From the human T2T-CHM13v2.0 reference genome, Homo sapiens, in the NCBI RefSeq assembly GCF_009914755.1, contig NC_060928.1: 64,000 nucleotides of DNA. One strand, 5' to 3'. Position numbers and translations under genes: made by a program. How positions within the stretch are numbered: the first letter of the stretch is position 1; each line of letters begins with the position of its first letter. This document shows positions 1 through 15,264 of the stretch, piece by piece. The notes beneath the pieces were generated by a model. That model was not told the origin of the DNA. It did no database searches and worked only from the letters and a program-made list of their open reading frames with translations.

Positions 1-369
1 AAGATAATACAAAACTATCTAGTTTCAATTCAGCTTTATATTGTGGTCACTTTTAGAAACTGAAGTAAGTGTGCCTACTGAGATCTCCAGCCAGAAGCAA
101 ACTTAACTTATGGGCCTAATAGGCTCCTCTGATAAAATTATGATTTTTAATTTTTGGCTGGAGATTCACATATTAATATGTCATTACTATAATTAAAAAT
201 AGAAGCCAAATGAGATATTATATAATATTTAATTATTATATTAAACACACGCTTCTTAAAAATATGTGGTTTTCTTGACTACCATAAGAGAAACAAATTA
301 TTTAGAGGTGCAGTCTAAATTCTTTGTAGTAGTGCTAGAATTTACCAGCTAGTTTTGTGAAGAAGTTGT

Positions 370-3920
<3,551 letters not shown>

Positions 3921-4220
3921 AAAGACCTAACTTGAAAAAAATAACAATGGAAAACATTGCTACTTCTTTACTGCTAGAAATAAACTTTTCACTACCCACA
4001 TTACAAAGTAAAAACCATGACTTTGTAATGAAATCTACTGAAAAATCAGTCCCAAAGTCAAATTTTATCAAGAAAAGTATTTTAATATAGATTTAAATGC
4101 ATGACCAGTAAGATGTGCTGTAAATAAAGAAAATAAATATGATTTAGTTTAAAAGACAGGAAAATAAAACACATTTAAAAATGCTAATCTTATTGTAAGG
4201 TGCATACATAGAATACATAC

Positions 4221-4349
4221 TGGGTTTAGAAGGATTGTGAGAAAAAGTTCACCTCCTCTGATACTTTTATCCAGTTCTTGGGGTCCTCCTGGATATTCTT
4301 TGTAGAAAATAGTGTGAGTGAACAACCCACAAGTCTGTCGAGGGAGGAC
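4221..4349 (-). CDS. NDST4: NDST4 coding exon (129 nt, probably exon 6): [43 protein letters not shown]
   Basis: Minus strand reads tttttccccttttttactcAG|GTCCTCCCTCGA...AACCCA|GTatgt. Lies within ORF 4149..4376. Contains the NDST motif [13 protein letters not shown]. Confidence 0.97.
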
Positions 4350-5118
4350 CTGAGTAAAAAAGGGGAAAAACAGCACATGGACGTGATTTAATTAAGAACT
4401 TCACCTGTGTCTCATAACTTTAGAATCTGCAAATTGTAATTTCCTATTGGATTTTCTTGGTTGCTAAGGCCAAATCTTATTATAATCACAAGTTGATGTT
4501 GGTGCAATTCTGTAAATATTAAGGGAGTTTCCATATCAAAGGCATAAAAAATATAGGTTAAATAATTTTCAGTTGGTTTTATAAATCTAACCCACCACCT
4601 GTGTTATGTTAAATGATTAGGGAAAACACAAAGCCTTCTTAGGGTTAAGTTCACCCAAAGATGGAAATTCTCCAAGGTTCCGTCTTTCATGCCATTAGGC
4701 CATTACTCTCTTCACTTCTGAAATCGAGTCCTGCATTGTAAAGGTATGCAGGTTCTGGGATTTACCACAATTGGTTTTCATAACCCCTTCCACATTAGCT
4801 TTGTTTTCACTACAATCTGAATTTACATTTTATGATATACTAGTCAAATTATTTAGTGATTACTTCTGGTATATTTTGTGGTTACTTCTTTTGTAAGTCT
4901 GAATGTTTAATAAAGAAAGCAAATAAGTAATTTTATTCCAAAATCATATTTTGAATGACAAACTACTGGTAATTTAATGGACAAATGCATCTAATTGCCT
5001 ACAGTTTTTTTTTTCAAAATTATTTGCTTAATTATCATAAGGGTTAATATTAAACTTAAGGTAAATAAATGAATATAATATTGGTTAAAAAGAATGCTTT
5101 CATTTCATAATATGTTGA

Positions 5119-5198
5119 ATGGTCATTCAAGGCAAGGAATTAATGCCATACAAGATCCAATGATGTTTTAGATACAGAAGGTAAAGGAAAGGTAAAGG
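5119..5198 (+). repeat. Dispersed direct repeat, copy 1 (~80 bp)
   Basis: atggtcattcaaggcaaggaattaatgccatacaagatccaatgatgttttagatacagaaggtaaaggaaaggtaaagg; matches 7193-7275. Confidence 0.9.
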
Positions 5199-6332
5199 GA
5201 AACCTGGGTATTTTCACTATGATTTGAAATTATGTGAGTAATTCTATTTATACCTTCTGGATTTCTATGGCCATCAATGCCACTATTTGCATTATCAATA
5301 GCTTCTCTTAAATCTGAGGCTTCTTCAGGCCTTCTGGTACCAATTTGCAATAAAATAGAGCTTCATGACTAATAAATATTGTGTATCAGCTCTGGTTAGA
5401 TATATGTGTGTGCATTTGCTTTACTCACAGATGGCGATTAGATAGAAAAATAAATCATAGATAGATAAATAGATGATAGATGGATTTTAACAGCAATATG
5501 AATAATGAATTAGGAAGGTGTAAATATTCAAATGAGTAAGAACAGTTTGTAAACCAATGCTCTGATCTTGGCAACTAATTATAAAAACATCATCTAAGTC
5601 ACTAGAAGTAGGTATACTTGTTTTAAAATAGGCTATTTTATCTCAAAATGAGTAATATAATGTTTTCTTTCCCAATGAATGATTGCAAATTGCCTTCTGA
5701 AATCCAATTGGTTTTATTCTCATTTATTAGGATTCCTACATCCTATTATTTTTCAATTACTATATCTGAAAAGAAAAAACATATACCTCCCTTTTTGGAA
5801 TATGCAAGGAAAAGACAAAAAGAGAGAGCAGTATTCTTAGATACTTTTGAGTGCCTGAAAGCCAAAATAAACTGAGTGAATAAATTTAACTCTCAGATGC
5901 TATTTGTAACATTCTGTCTGTTGACAGAATAACAACTTGAGAGGTGTTTTCTTAATCCATGCAGCCTTACTCTGCCTGTAAAACTCTCAGTAAAACCACC
6001 CAACCAAATAGATAATGAGAAATTTCCTAGGAAAAGTATGGAATCCACAGGCAAAATTTCAATACTGAAACTAAAGTGGATAATCTATACATAACTCATT
6101 CCTGTTAGTTTCAGCTTGTTTTAGATTTGCCAAAGCCACTCCACAGCTTAGGAGCAAGCCTATCACCAAAAGATGGGTTAATGCATAACCAGTCACCATT
6201 GAGATATGTTAGGTATTTCTGATAATCATGTAAAAGAGGTTCGAGGTTACATCCTTAGAGGAAATGGCCCTCTGTCTTCATTCCACATGTAAATATTAAC
6301 ATCCTTCAATATACATGGCTCTCTGTGCTCAC

Positions 6333-6518
6333 CATGATGCTATTGTGAATGAAGCCCTTTCTGTACCGGGCAGGTTTCAGATGTGGATATTCTTCAGTGC
6401 TGGTGACTTGAATACCCCAGACCTTCTTCCAAGCTGCATACAGCTGAATGTGAACCGGGTAGACCCCTGAGTGATGTGGGGCCACAGCATAGCCCATGTT
6501 GATTGGTATTCCATGTTC
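6333..6518 (-). CDS. NDST4: NDST4 coding exon (186 nt, probably exon 5): [62 protein letters not shown]
   Basis: Minus strand reads ctttgttttAG|GAACATGGA...ATCATG|GTgagcac. Overlaps ORF 6306..6497. Residues [19 protein letters not shown] and RKGFIHNS fit NDST4 rather than NDST1/3 as I recall them. Confidence 0.97.
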
Positions 6519-6569
6519 CTAAAACAAAGCCAGAACAACATCATGATGGGACAAGGCCAATTAATTCAG

Positions 6570-7190
6570 TGAAAATCATTTCCACCAACATCTATTTAGA
6601 ATACATTGAACTCTATGCTAAATATGAGAATTAAAAATCCAGCAAGGTAGAGGTTTTATCTTCGAGCAGCTCATAATCTTATAGAACTCTGATGGCATAA
6701 CAGATATAGTCATTACTTTGGGCATGTGGTGTGTGGGTGAGATTAATTTAAAATTTTGAATATGTAAAGTTTTGGGGGAAGATAAGAAGTGAAATTAGCC
6801 CTTCCTTGGATAAATGTGGGGGGCGGGGAAAGGTGTCATTTGAGGAAGCGCTCAAATATGAAGGATGAAAGGGCATAGAATGCGTGTGTACGTGTGTGTG
6901 TGTGGCGGGGGGCGGGTATTGAAGAAAATCAGAAAGGTAACTATGAATAATGAAGTGATGAGCTTTTACATTTAAACTGAAAGATTTTGAATTAATTCGA
7001 TTTCAACAAGGTAGATAAGGAAGCTCTCTGAGCCTGGAGGGCCAAGATCTGCTCTGAGTTTTAAGAAGAAGAACCTAGTGACAGCATGTTAAGATAAACT
7101 GTAAGGGGAAGAAAGTGAATAAAGGCTGTGCATTAGGAAACTATTTCTATGCTACCAATTAGGTGAACATAGGTAACTAAATTAAATTAT
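6570..7190 (-). mobile_element. L2 fragment (highly diverged)
   Basis: L2-like motifs (cagctcataatcttatag; ttttaagaagaagaacctagtgacagcatg...aggaaactatt). Confidence 0.5.
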
Positions 7191-7192
7191 TT

Positions 7193-7275
7193 ATGGTCAG
7201 ATTCAAAGGCAGGGGATTAATACCATACAAGATCCAGTGATGTTTTAGATACCCAGGGTAAAGGAAAGGTAAAGG
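7193..7275 (+). repeat. Dispersed direct repeat, copy 2 (~83 bp)
   Basis: 7 substitutions and 3 gap bases relative to copy 1 by hand alignment. Confidence 0.9.
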
Positions 7276-9474
7276 TTAAGATTTTCTCCTTGGTTTTGAA
7301 CCTTAACAACTCAATTTGTTTTTATAAATCTTACACTTCACTATGAGATTCTTGGGTAAACAGTCAACTCTAAAAGAAAACAAGTATAAATTTAAACAAG
7401 AATATAAAAAATTGTCAAAGAATGGGATTATATTGCTAGGTACATAAAATAGATCTGCAGTTTTCTAATTTCTGTTTCTTTATATCCCTCCCTTTAAATG
7501 CTTATCTGCTTTAAAAGACTCCTTGTAGGATTGAATCTCATCAATTGAGGTTATAAATGACAATGCACAGTCACACATGAAAGCTGATTGAATCAATAAA
7601 CAGAACACAAAAGTGTTGACTTGACAATTGCCATTTATATTTTCCATTATATGGTACACAGCATAGGAAAAGAATTCAGTCTCGTCTAATAAGCAAGTAG
7701 TGAATGGATCACATATCTACAATGCCTTAGTCATACGCTACACTCAGTTCAGAAGATGAACCCTAAATTTTTCACAAGTCTCCATCATTCTGCCTTTCAT
7801 GTAATGACCCTCATTGTATAGCCAAAGTCACCTCTCTTTCTCCAAGACTATGGGTGTTTCCTAACATCTGTTACAGTAAATGACTCTGTAGAAGACTGAA
7901 TTATGAAATCAATGCTGTAAAATGAGCTAGAGTCTTTTGCTAGACACTGGGGAGAATTTCATTTCTTGATCTGTGCAGAAGAAAAATACTTCTTCCTAGC
8001 ACTTGTGTTTCCAACACAAGGCAAAGCTGGAAAAGTCCAGTAATAAAAGTACTTGGAAACTACCAGAGAGGACAGGCAACAGTTGTTACCCTGATATCAC
8101 TAGGGAACATGTACTGGGACAGCCTTAGTTCTCTCAGGTTTCTTCCATGCTCGCCAATGAGTGGTCACAAAGTGTTTTGAGGATAAGCAATCCTCCAGCA
8201 TCCAAGACATTGCAAGCTTGTGGATGCATTGGGTGTGAGACAGATTTTTCTCATTACTTCATGAGAAAAATCTAGAGACAAGCGTGTCCAGACTCCTCTG
8301 TCTGGTAAATAGAATTTGTATGAATGTGCCTAGAGAGGTGCTCCTGATGTACAGGAAAAGGGAATCAACCTGTTATCCTCCTTTTTACTCTCTCAAGTGA
8401 TTCATACTGAGGTTTTATAAGGCTTGTCCCACAATGTGAAAAGTGACAAAATCAACAGTGTACAAATCCTAATAGTCTTAACTAATCACTTTGTTAGTCC
8501 TCATTCTCTATAACTGTATAAATTTGACTCTAAATTTGGGGCCTAGAAGGTTAGATGAAGTATGTGAGTGTCCTAGATACAAAGCAATGAAAAATAAAAT
8601 CAGCAAAAAGTATTGAAATATCAAACAACTATATCTCCTCAGGAAAAAAAAAGAGACATTTCACTTTTGACAGGTAGTAAAATGAATTGTAGAACTTTCA
8701 AAAAAAAAAAGGTAAAAAGCAATTGATTCGGTGAGTAGGAAGGAAGGGCAGTAAAAAAAAGTTACTATATTTATTGATTTCTGGGGGCCCAGTGTTATAC
8801 TGTTCATAAGGTCATCTTATCACACTGGCAACTGGAGCTCAATTAAAATAGTATATCACACTATATAATTATGAGTTTATGCTTTTTCAATCTAAATGAC
8901 AACACAAAGTGGGAAGTAATTCCCTAGCAACTCTTTTGCTATTATCATGGCGCTTACAGACCGAGAAGCTTCTATTTTCTATTGTCCAGGGCTTAAAACC
9001 TACTTCGCAGAGACTTGGCCAACTAGAAAATCAACCAAGCATCATATTTCCAGAAGATCACAAAAATTACAAAATTTGAAAAGCCTTCCAATGTAAATAT
9101 AGGAAGCACTTGAGACTCTATAAATATAGACACGTAAATGACAGAAAACAAATAAATTCAAATATGGCTTTAATTATTTATTAGAATAATGTCTCTTACA
9201 GGATCTATGGAGTCTATACTACAATAAGACATGATACCACAAATATTCAGAGGGGTTTGACTTGATCTAATGTTTCCAGTCCATTAAATCCCAGTTAGTT
9301 GCGAAATAAGATATTGCAGTAATTTACAGACTATATGAAAAAGATCACCATTTTTCAAAAATTAGAATAAAATAAAATGTATTTAGCACTAAAGCTCTAA
9401 CAGCAACTGAAATAATGTCATTTAATTTTCCCTTGATAATTCCTACTGATCATATCTTCTTTTAATTGCTTAGT

Positions 9475-10131
9475 TGAAATGGGATGGTTCCCTTGGGTTT
9501 GCTAATTTACTCAGCCCACAGCTTTCAATCCCTAACAGGACGGGGAGCATGTAGGTGAGTGAGCAGGTGCAGGGGCCAGCATGAGTGCTTCTGGGCACCG
9601 GCAGGAGTAGTTGCACTGTGCTCTTTTAGCTTTGCCGTCCATGGATGGCTTGTTTAACAGCTCGGTGGAAGGTCAGGTGACAGCCTTTTGCACCCGCCCT
9701 CTTGGTACCCAAGTTCTTGTCCAGTGCTGAGGAAGAGTCAGGTCCTATGAAGGAATTGAAGGGTGGTGAATGTGGGGCGGGTTTATTGAGTTTGTCCATG
9801 GTCGAACACTTCTCCAAAGTCCTGCTGTCAAGCTGGCCCTCTGAAGTCAAGCTGCTACCCTCTGGCATCCAGCTGCTTTTTCTCTTCTCTCCTCTGCTGC
9901 TCTGCTCTGCTGCTCAGTTGCTCTCCTGCTCTGCTGCCCCTCTGCCAGTGGTGGAGCCTGGGGTTTTTATGGGTACAGGATGGGGTGTGGGGCAGGCCAA
10001 AAAGCAACATTCAAGTGGGAAAACAAGAATGCATGTTCTCACTTTGGGCCGCAGTCCCAGGCTTGAGGGTGTGGCCCCTGTTGGGAACCTCCCTCTTCTA
10101 CCTAGTATTTTCCTGCCTCATGTCTGCATCA
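9475..10131 (-). mobile_element. ERV1 solo LTR (LTR1/LTR27/LTR28/MER52 group)
   Basis: Minus strand starts TGATGCAGACATGAGGCAGGAAAATACTAGGTAGAAGAGGGAGGTTCCC and ends ...ATTTCA. TATA-like CCCATAAAAACCCC and AATAAA present. GC-rich relative to flanks. Confidence 0.8.
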
Positions 10132-10320
10132 ATATTTATGAAGTATTTTTACATTTACGTGTAATATGATTCTCATAATCATTCTGTGAGGAGGACTGGA
10201 TGCTGCTCTAAAATGTGGAAACAGAGGCTCAGAGAAGGCATGTAACTTGCTTATATTCATTCACAAGTGTCTGAGCTATACTTCTACCCAAGTTGTCTAG
10301 ATTCATCATCTTTGCTCTTA
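10132..10320 (-). mobile_element. MIR
   Basis: MIR core ggaaacagaggctcagagaaggcatgtaacttgc. Confidence 0.65.
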
Positions 10321-10344
10321 CTTTTTCACTAAGTTGCTTCTACT

Positions 10345-10915
10345 GTGACCCCTCCCCTCCCCTCCCCAAAGTATGAAGACACTTGACTTACAAAAGGGGT
10401 TTGATTTTAATATGCATGTTTCTGAACTGGATCTCCTGTTCACTTTTTTTTTGTTCTTGGAGAGGTTATAAAACAAAGTCTACATTTCTCAAACTCCTCT
10501 GCAGCTATCATTTTTTTTATGAAAATGAGTTTCAGCCTTTTAGGAGTACTCAAGACCAATTTCAGAAGGCAGTAGGAAGGCAAATCCTAAATTTTGGCAG
10601 CTCCTGGCTCCTGTTGCTGGCTGTAAGTTCTTGCAAATAAGCAAGTTTTTTTCTAGCAGTGTTTGGTGCCCATTTGCAGGGCAGCAGCAGAGGCTTTTTG
10701 TTTTTAACGGAGATCCTGTGGCAGCCTCAGAAATGGCAGCTCCCCCAGGGAGCCAGTTCTATATGGTTCTGAGAGTCCCTGCAGGAGTACAGCGTACAAT
10801 CTGCTCCATGAGTCCTTCCAAAGATTTTGGAAGCACTGAAATCATTAAATAAAGTCTTCTTGTTTAAAATAACTTAAAGTGGCTTATGTTTCTAGCTTGG
10901 AAACCTGACTGCTAG
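10345..10915 (+). mobile_element. ERVL LTR33-like LTR
   Basis: 3' end aaataaagtcttcttgtttaaaataacttaaagtggcttatgtttc...cctgactg resembles the LTR33 terminus. Confidence 0.55.
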
Positions 10916-12000
10916 AGCTGATTTTTGCCCATTTCTAATAAGTATAAAAAGATTTAAGAACTTCTGTTGAGACGTCTAGTGGTTTAAGTTCTAAGAAAAC
11001 AGAGGAAAAATTTGGTAAAACACTGCTCAATACTTATCCAATAAAGCTGATTAACATAGTAAATATGTATTTTTCTAGCTGGATACTATCATGTAATGTA
11101 TGTGACTGTTAAATGTCATGCACTGAGTAGCCAGTGAATACTGTATAGAAAATAAATAGGAGACTACAGTCATTTAAATGAAAAATACCAAATGCACATC
11201 AAAACAATTAAGTTAAACTACACTTGAAATAATTGTTTTTCAGTTCATGACTTACGTTAAGCACTTTGCTAAGTACTGGGGATGCCCTGGGTATAAGATA
11301 GGGCTTCTACCTTCATGAAGTTTGAAACCTGGAGACAATTGTGGAAATCAGATAGAAGTGTCTTAATTTTTGGTGAATTTTAACCTAAGATTATTTAATT
11401 TTTTAAAAAATATATTATTAATTTTAACTTTTAGGCATTTTCCTAGCAGAAAAGAATGATATCCTTGACACGAACATCTATAGAGGCTGAAATCTTCATC
11501 CTACTAACATTTCCTTAGTAGAGATTGAAATTAAAATAAGAAATTTATATCTAGGGGACTACAATTTTAATCTTCCTCAGGCTATTATTAGTAATTGGGT
11601 AAATGCAATTCAATATAATAAATTGTGTCTAGGAAGCTTTTGATAAGAATGGAATATGGATAATTACTGCTTGTGTTACAGTGATTTTTCTAGTGATGTG
11701 GCTGCACAAGCAATTTTTGACCCACTGACTTTATGTTGGTAAATGTTTCCCACACCCAAAATAATCAAATGGAACTTAGTATTGATGCTTCCAAGAATGA
11801 TTTTTCTAATGGATTTTAAATAACAGTTAATAAGTGTAAACTTCAGAATCAAAAATATTCCAAACAAGGTCATAATCTCATAAAATACTGAAAGGAATAA
11901 AGTACTCCTGATCAATGGTTATTATGAAAAAAATTAGTATCTTGAATTCTTGAATCAATTTGTTTATATCAGTTTGTTTTATTTTTAGATGAGTAGAATT

Positions 12001-12125
12001 TATATATACTGATATATAATATTTACATATATTATATAATATAATTTAAATTATATTATATGATATATACATATATTAATTTATATATTATATAATATAA
12101 TTTAAATTATATTATATATGTATAT
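12001..12125. repeat. AT-rich low-complexity tract with two perfect pure-A/T palindromes
   Basis: 28-bp palindrome at 12034-12061 and 30-bp palindrome at 12089-12118, both centred on TTTAAA, 56-bp period. Confidence 0.9.
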
Positions 12126-12694
12126 GATAAGGATAAGCTTAAAAAGATAACATTATTAGATCCCATGTATTTCCCATAAAATTCACATAAAAAGTTTGAA
12201 TGTTTAATAATAAGCTTAAATCTTAAAAACAGGACAAATAGGTATTCATTCATATACCTAAATATACATTGACATATACAAATAATTTTTAAATAGTATA
12301 TTTACACTATAATTCATATCTGCACTTTTACCATCAGAATGTTATTTTAAAAGTAATAACTTAATTATGTAATTCACCAGCATTAACTCATCCAATGGTT
12401 CCTTGCTGTGTTCAGGTTAAAGTACAAACTACCAAACTTTGCCCTCCAAATATCAGTAATGATTTCCTCTTGGGTACACTCTCTGATTCTTTTCTCCCAC
12501 CCTAGACTGAGATTGGTTAGGTACGTTTGGGGCCTTATAGTCTTACATGAATATCTCTACATTAAAACTTTCTTTATTACATTTGAGTATCTCTGCCAAT
12601 AGAACTTAATCTCTTCGTGTAGAGAGATTATTTCCGTTTTCACATAATTATATATAATATTTTAAGTACATAATAAAAATATTTGTTATTCCAA

Positions 12695-12935
12695 ACAGTA
12701 TACTAGAGCTTGGAATCTGGAGACTGGTTGGCTGGATTTGAATTTTGGCTTTGCCAAGTATTAGTTGTATGACCTTGAGAGAGACTTATTTTTCTGTGCC
12801 TCAAATTTCTCATTTATAAAATTAGTTTAATAATATTAGGGGACTAAATAGTTGGGGGGAATAGATGAGTTAAGAATTCCTCTGCTTGAAATAGTGGCTA
12901 TGAAGTCATAAACTCTATTTAAGTGTTAATTTGTT
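12695..12935 (+). mobile_element. MIR
   Basis: ggatttgaattttggctttgcc...tgaccttgag...ctgtgcctcaaatttctcatttataaaa. Confidence 0.75.
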
Positions 12936-13109
12936 GAGAAAAGGTACATAGATCATTTTGGAAAAACATCAACTTTGGGAAATGCAAGCACAAGGACCAC
13001 AAGCTTGAGTCAAGTATAATGACTAAGGATTGAAGCAGAGAGGAGATTTAGACCAACAGCCAAATACTTTCCTAGGTCCCACAGAGGTGGAGCAGAGCTA
13101 AAATCTGGA

Positions 13110-13630
13110 ATAAAAGTGGCCTGTCCATTACCACTGCCACCTCTTTCCACCCTGCTCTATAATTTAGGGGCCAGAGTGTGTGAACTGTTTCAAGGGGTTC
13201 TCTTGCTTTCTTGCTTCCAGTTGAGTCTGGCAAATGGAGAATCCTGGTAGGAGATCAGAGAGAAGAAAGAGTGAAGTGGATATTTATTCTATTAGCTCTT
13301 CTTATGCAATGCCATCTAAAGTTGTCAGACTCCTTCAATCAAAGGTTAAAACAACTGTCAAAGTGTCCCCAACCCCACATCACATATAACTCTCTCCATC
13401 TCAACTCTGATGATCTTTTTTCGCCTCTTCCCCTTCAAACTTTGGGATTTCACAGCTCACCATCTGCACTGTGTTTAGTCCTAGGATAATACTCTATACC
13501 CTACTTATTCCTTTGTAAATAGTCTTCTTAATAAATCCTCTGCAATTGTCATTATCACCTCTAATCTTCTGGCATCTGATGTGTTGCAAATAGTTACTAT
13601 GAAATCTGTCTTAGATCCTAGGAACACAGA
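13110..13630 (+). mobile_element. ERVL LTR33-group LTR
   Basis: ttgcttccagttgagtctggcaaatggag...ggagatcagag...tatttattc and tgtaaatagtcttcttaataaatcctc. Confidence 0.55.
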
Positions 13631-13942
13631 TTAACACTATGGTGAAACCATACAATGTAGGTAACCTCACAAAAGGGGACAGATTTTCTTGAAAGAACAC
13701 TGCTCCAATGGACTGATTTTGATTATCACAGCACCTTGGTGCCAGCATGCATTGCAGTGCTCCTTTGTGAAGATAACCACATCTTTAAAAAAATGGGCAA
13801 ACATATCCGAAAGCTTCACATGCGGGGGTAGAAGAAACGATAGGTGAGCACAAACACCACCCCGGTGCTGCATTTTTGGTCAGGCACTGACAGCTACTTT
13901 TCAGGAGACGCGCCACACCACAGAGAGCCAGAGAATAAAAGA

Positions 13943-14252
13943 GGACAGCCTGTGGTGGCCCATGCCTGTAATCCCTGCACTTTGGGAGGCCGAGGCAGGC
14001 GGATCATGTGAGGTCGGGAGTTCGAGACCAGCCTAACCGACATGGAGAAACCCTGTCTCTACTAAAAATACAAAATTAGCTGGCTGTGGTGGCACATGCC
14101 TGTAATCCCAGCTACTTGGTAGGCTGAAGCAGGAGAATCACTTGAACCTGAGAGGCCGGGTTGTGGTGAGCCGAGATCATGCCATTGCTCTCTAGCCTGG
14201 ACAACTAGAATGAAACTCCGTCTCAAAAAAAAAAAAAAAAAAAAAAAAAAAA
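13943..14252 (+). mobile_element. AluSp
   Basis: Diagnostics ggtcgggagttcgagacc, catggagaaaccc, aatacaaaattagc and gttgtggtgagccg. A28 tail at 14225-14252. Confidence 0.9.
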
Positions 14253-14464
14253 GACAAATGGAGGTGCAGAGGATTTGGCTCATAAACATACAGGAGTCAT
14301 TGCCAGGATTTTACACAAATCGCTGGGCAGAAACTTGAAAAGTGGATGAAGGTGTCAATATAAAGAGGGGTAAGAACCAACAAATGGTATTTTCTCTATT
14401 TTTATGACCCTATGTTTGCACTCCAGGAACTATGGCTTGTAAAACCAGCCCACAATATATTTGA

Positions 14465-14545
14465 GATAATATATCCCCAGTCCTTAGCAGAGTGCTTGGT
14501 ACATTGTTGGTATTTGATAAATAATTTTAAAGGAAATAAACATAT
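14465..14545 (+). mobile_element. L2 3' end
   Basis: ccccagtccttagcagagtgcttggtacattgttggtatttgataaata. Confidence 0.6.
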
Positions 14546-15264
14546 TAAAGAAACACATCATAGGTGTTTAATAAATTAGTGTGAAGAGAAAACAATAAAA
14601 TAATGACTGCATAAAGTAATGCACTTGTTGTAAAGAGATAATGCATTAAGCAGTACCTTGTTGAACTTAAAGTGCTGGTTTCTTCTCCTAAATGCACAAC
14701 TTCTAGGGAGTGACACTGGCGCTACAGAGAATAGATCTCATTATCTATTTCTCCTTTTAGTAAGGACTTGGATTCATATTGTCAACTTTGAAAATGATCC
14801 TAGAATCATTGATTTTCCACTGTGTTTAGGGGACTGAAATTGTCTTCTTCTGTTTTCATAAGTGATAAAAGTAATGACTATGTGACCCTGGAAATTGGCT
14901 GGGTGAGTCTTGACACTTTTTGGACTGAAGCCTAGCAAATGGTGACAAATCTCTGGAGGGCTCTGTGTTACAAATGGATTTTTCTTTTGACAAAAGAAAT
15001 AGAACAGAAATGGCATTACCTCTACAGTCTTGAACTTTCCGATCCTAAGTAGAGCTATTTTGGGCAATTGAGACATATCCTTTTAATATTCTTGACCCTG
15101 CTGAAGGTCTACTTTGCTGCTTAAAGGGGACTAATGGAAAAACCAGCAAGTTTTCATTCACATTGTATAAAATGTGCCATTTCTGTTGATTTGGCACGTG
15201 CTTTGCTAAATTTTGGTTCTGAAGTCTTACTTTATTGACAATCAACATGTCCAACACATGGCTT

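Noticed and set aside
4149-4376. ORFs 4149-4376 and 6306-6497 as standalone small genes
   Set aside because: They are NDST4 exons with read-through into introns; true limits are set by the splice sites.
9702-10169. 155-aa ORF
   Set aside because: Antisense reading of an ERV1 LTR with low-complexity Leu/Ser content, a non-ATG start and no recognisable domain.
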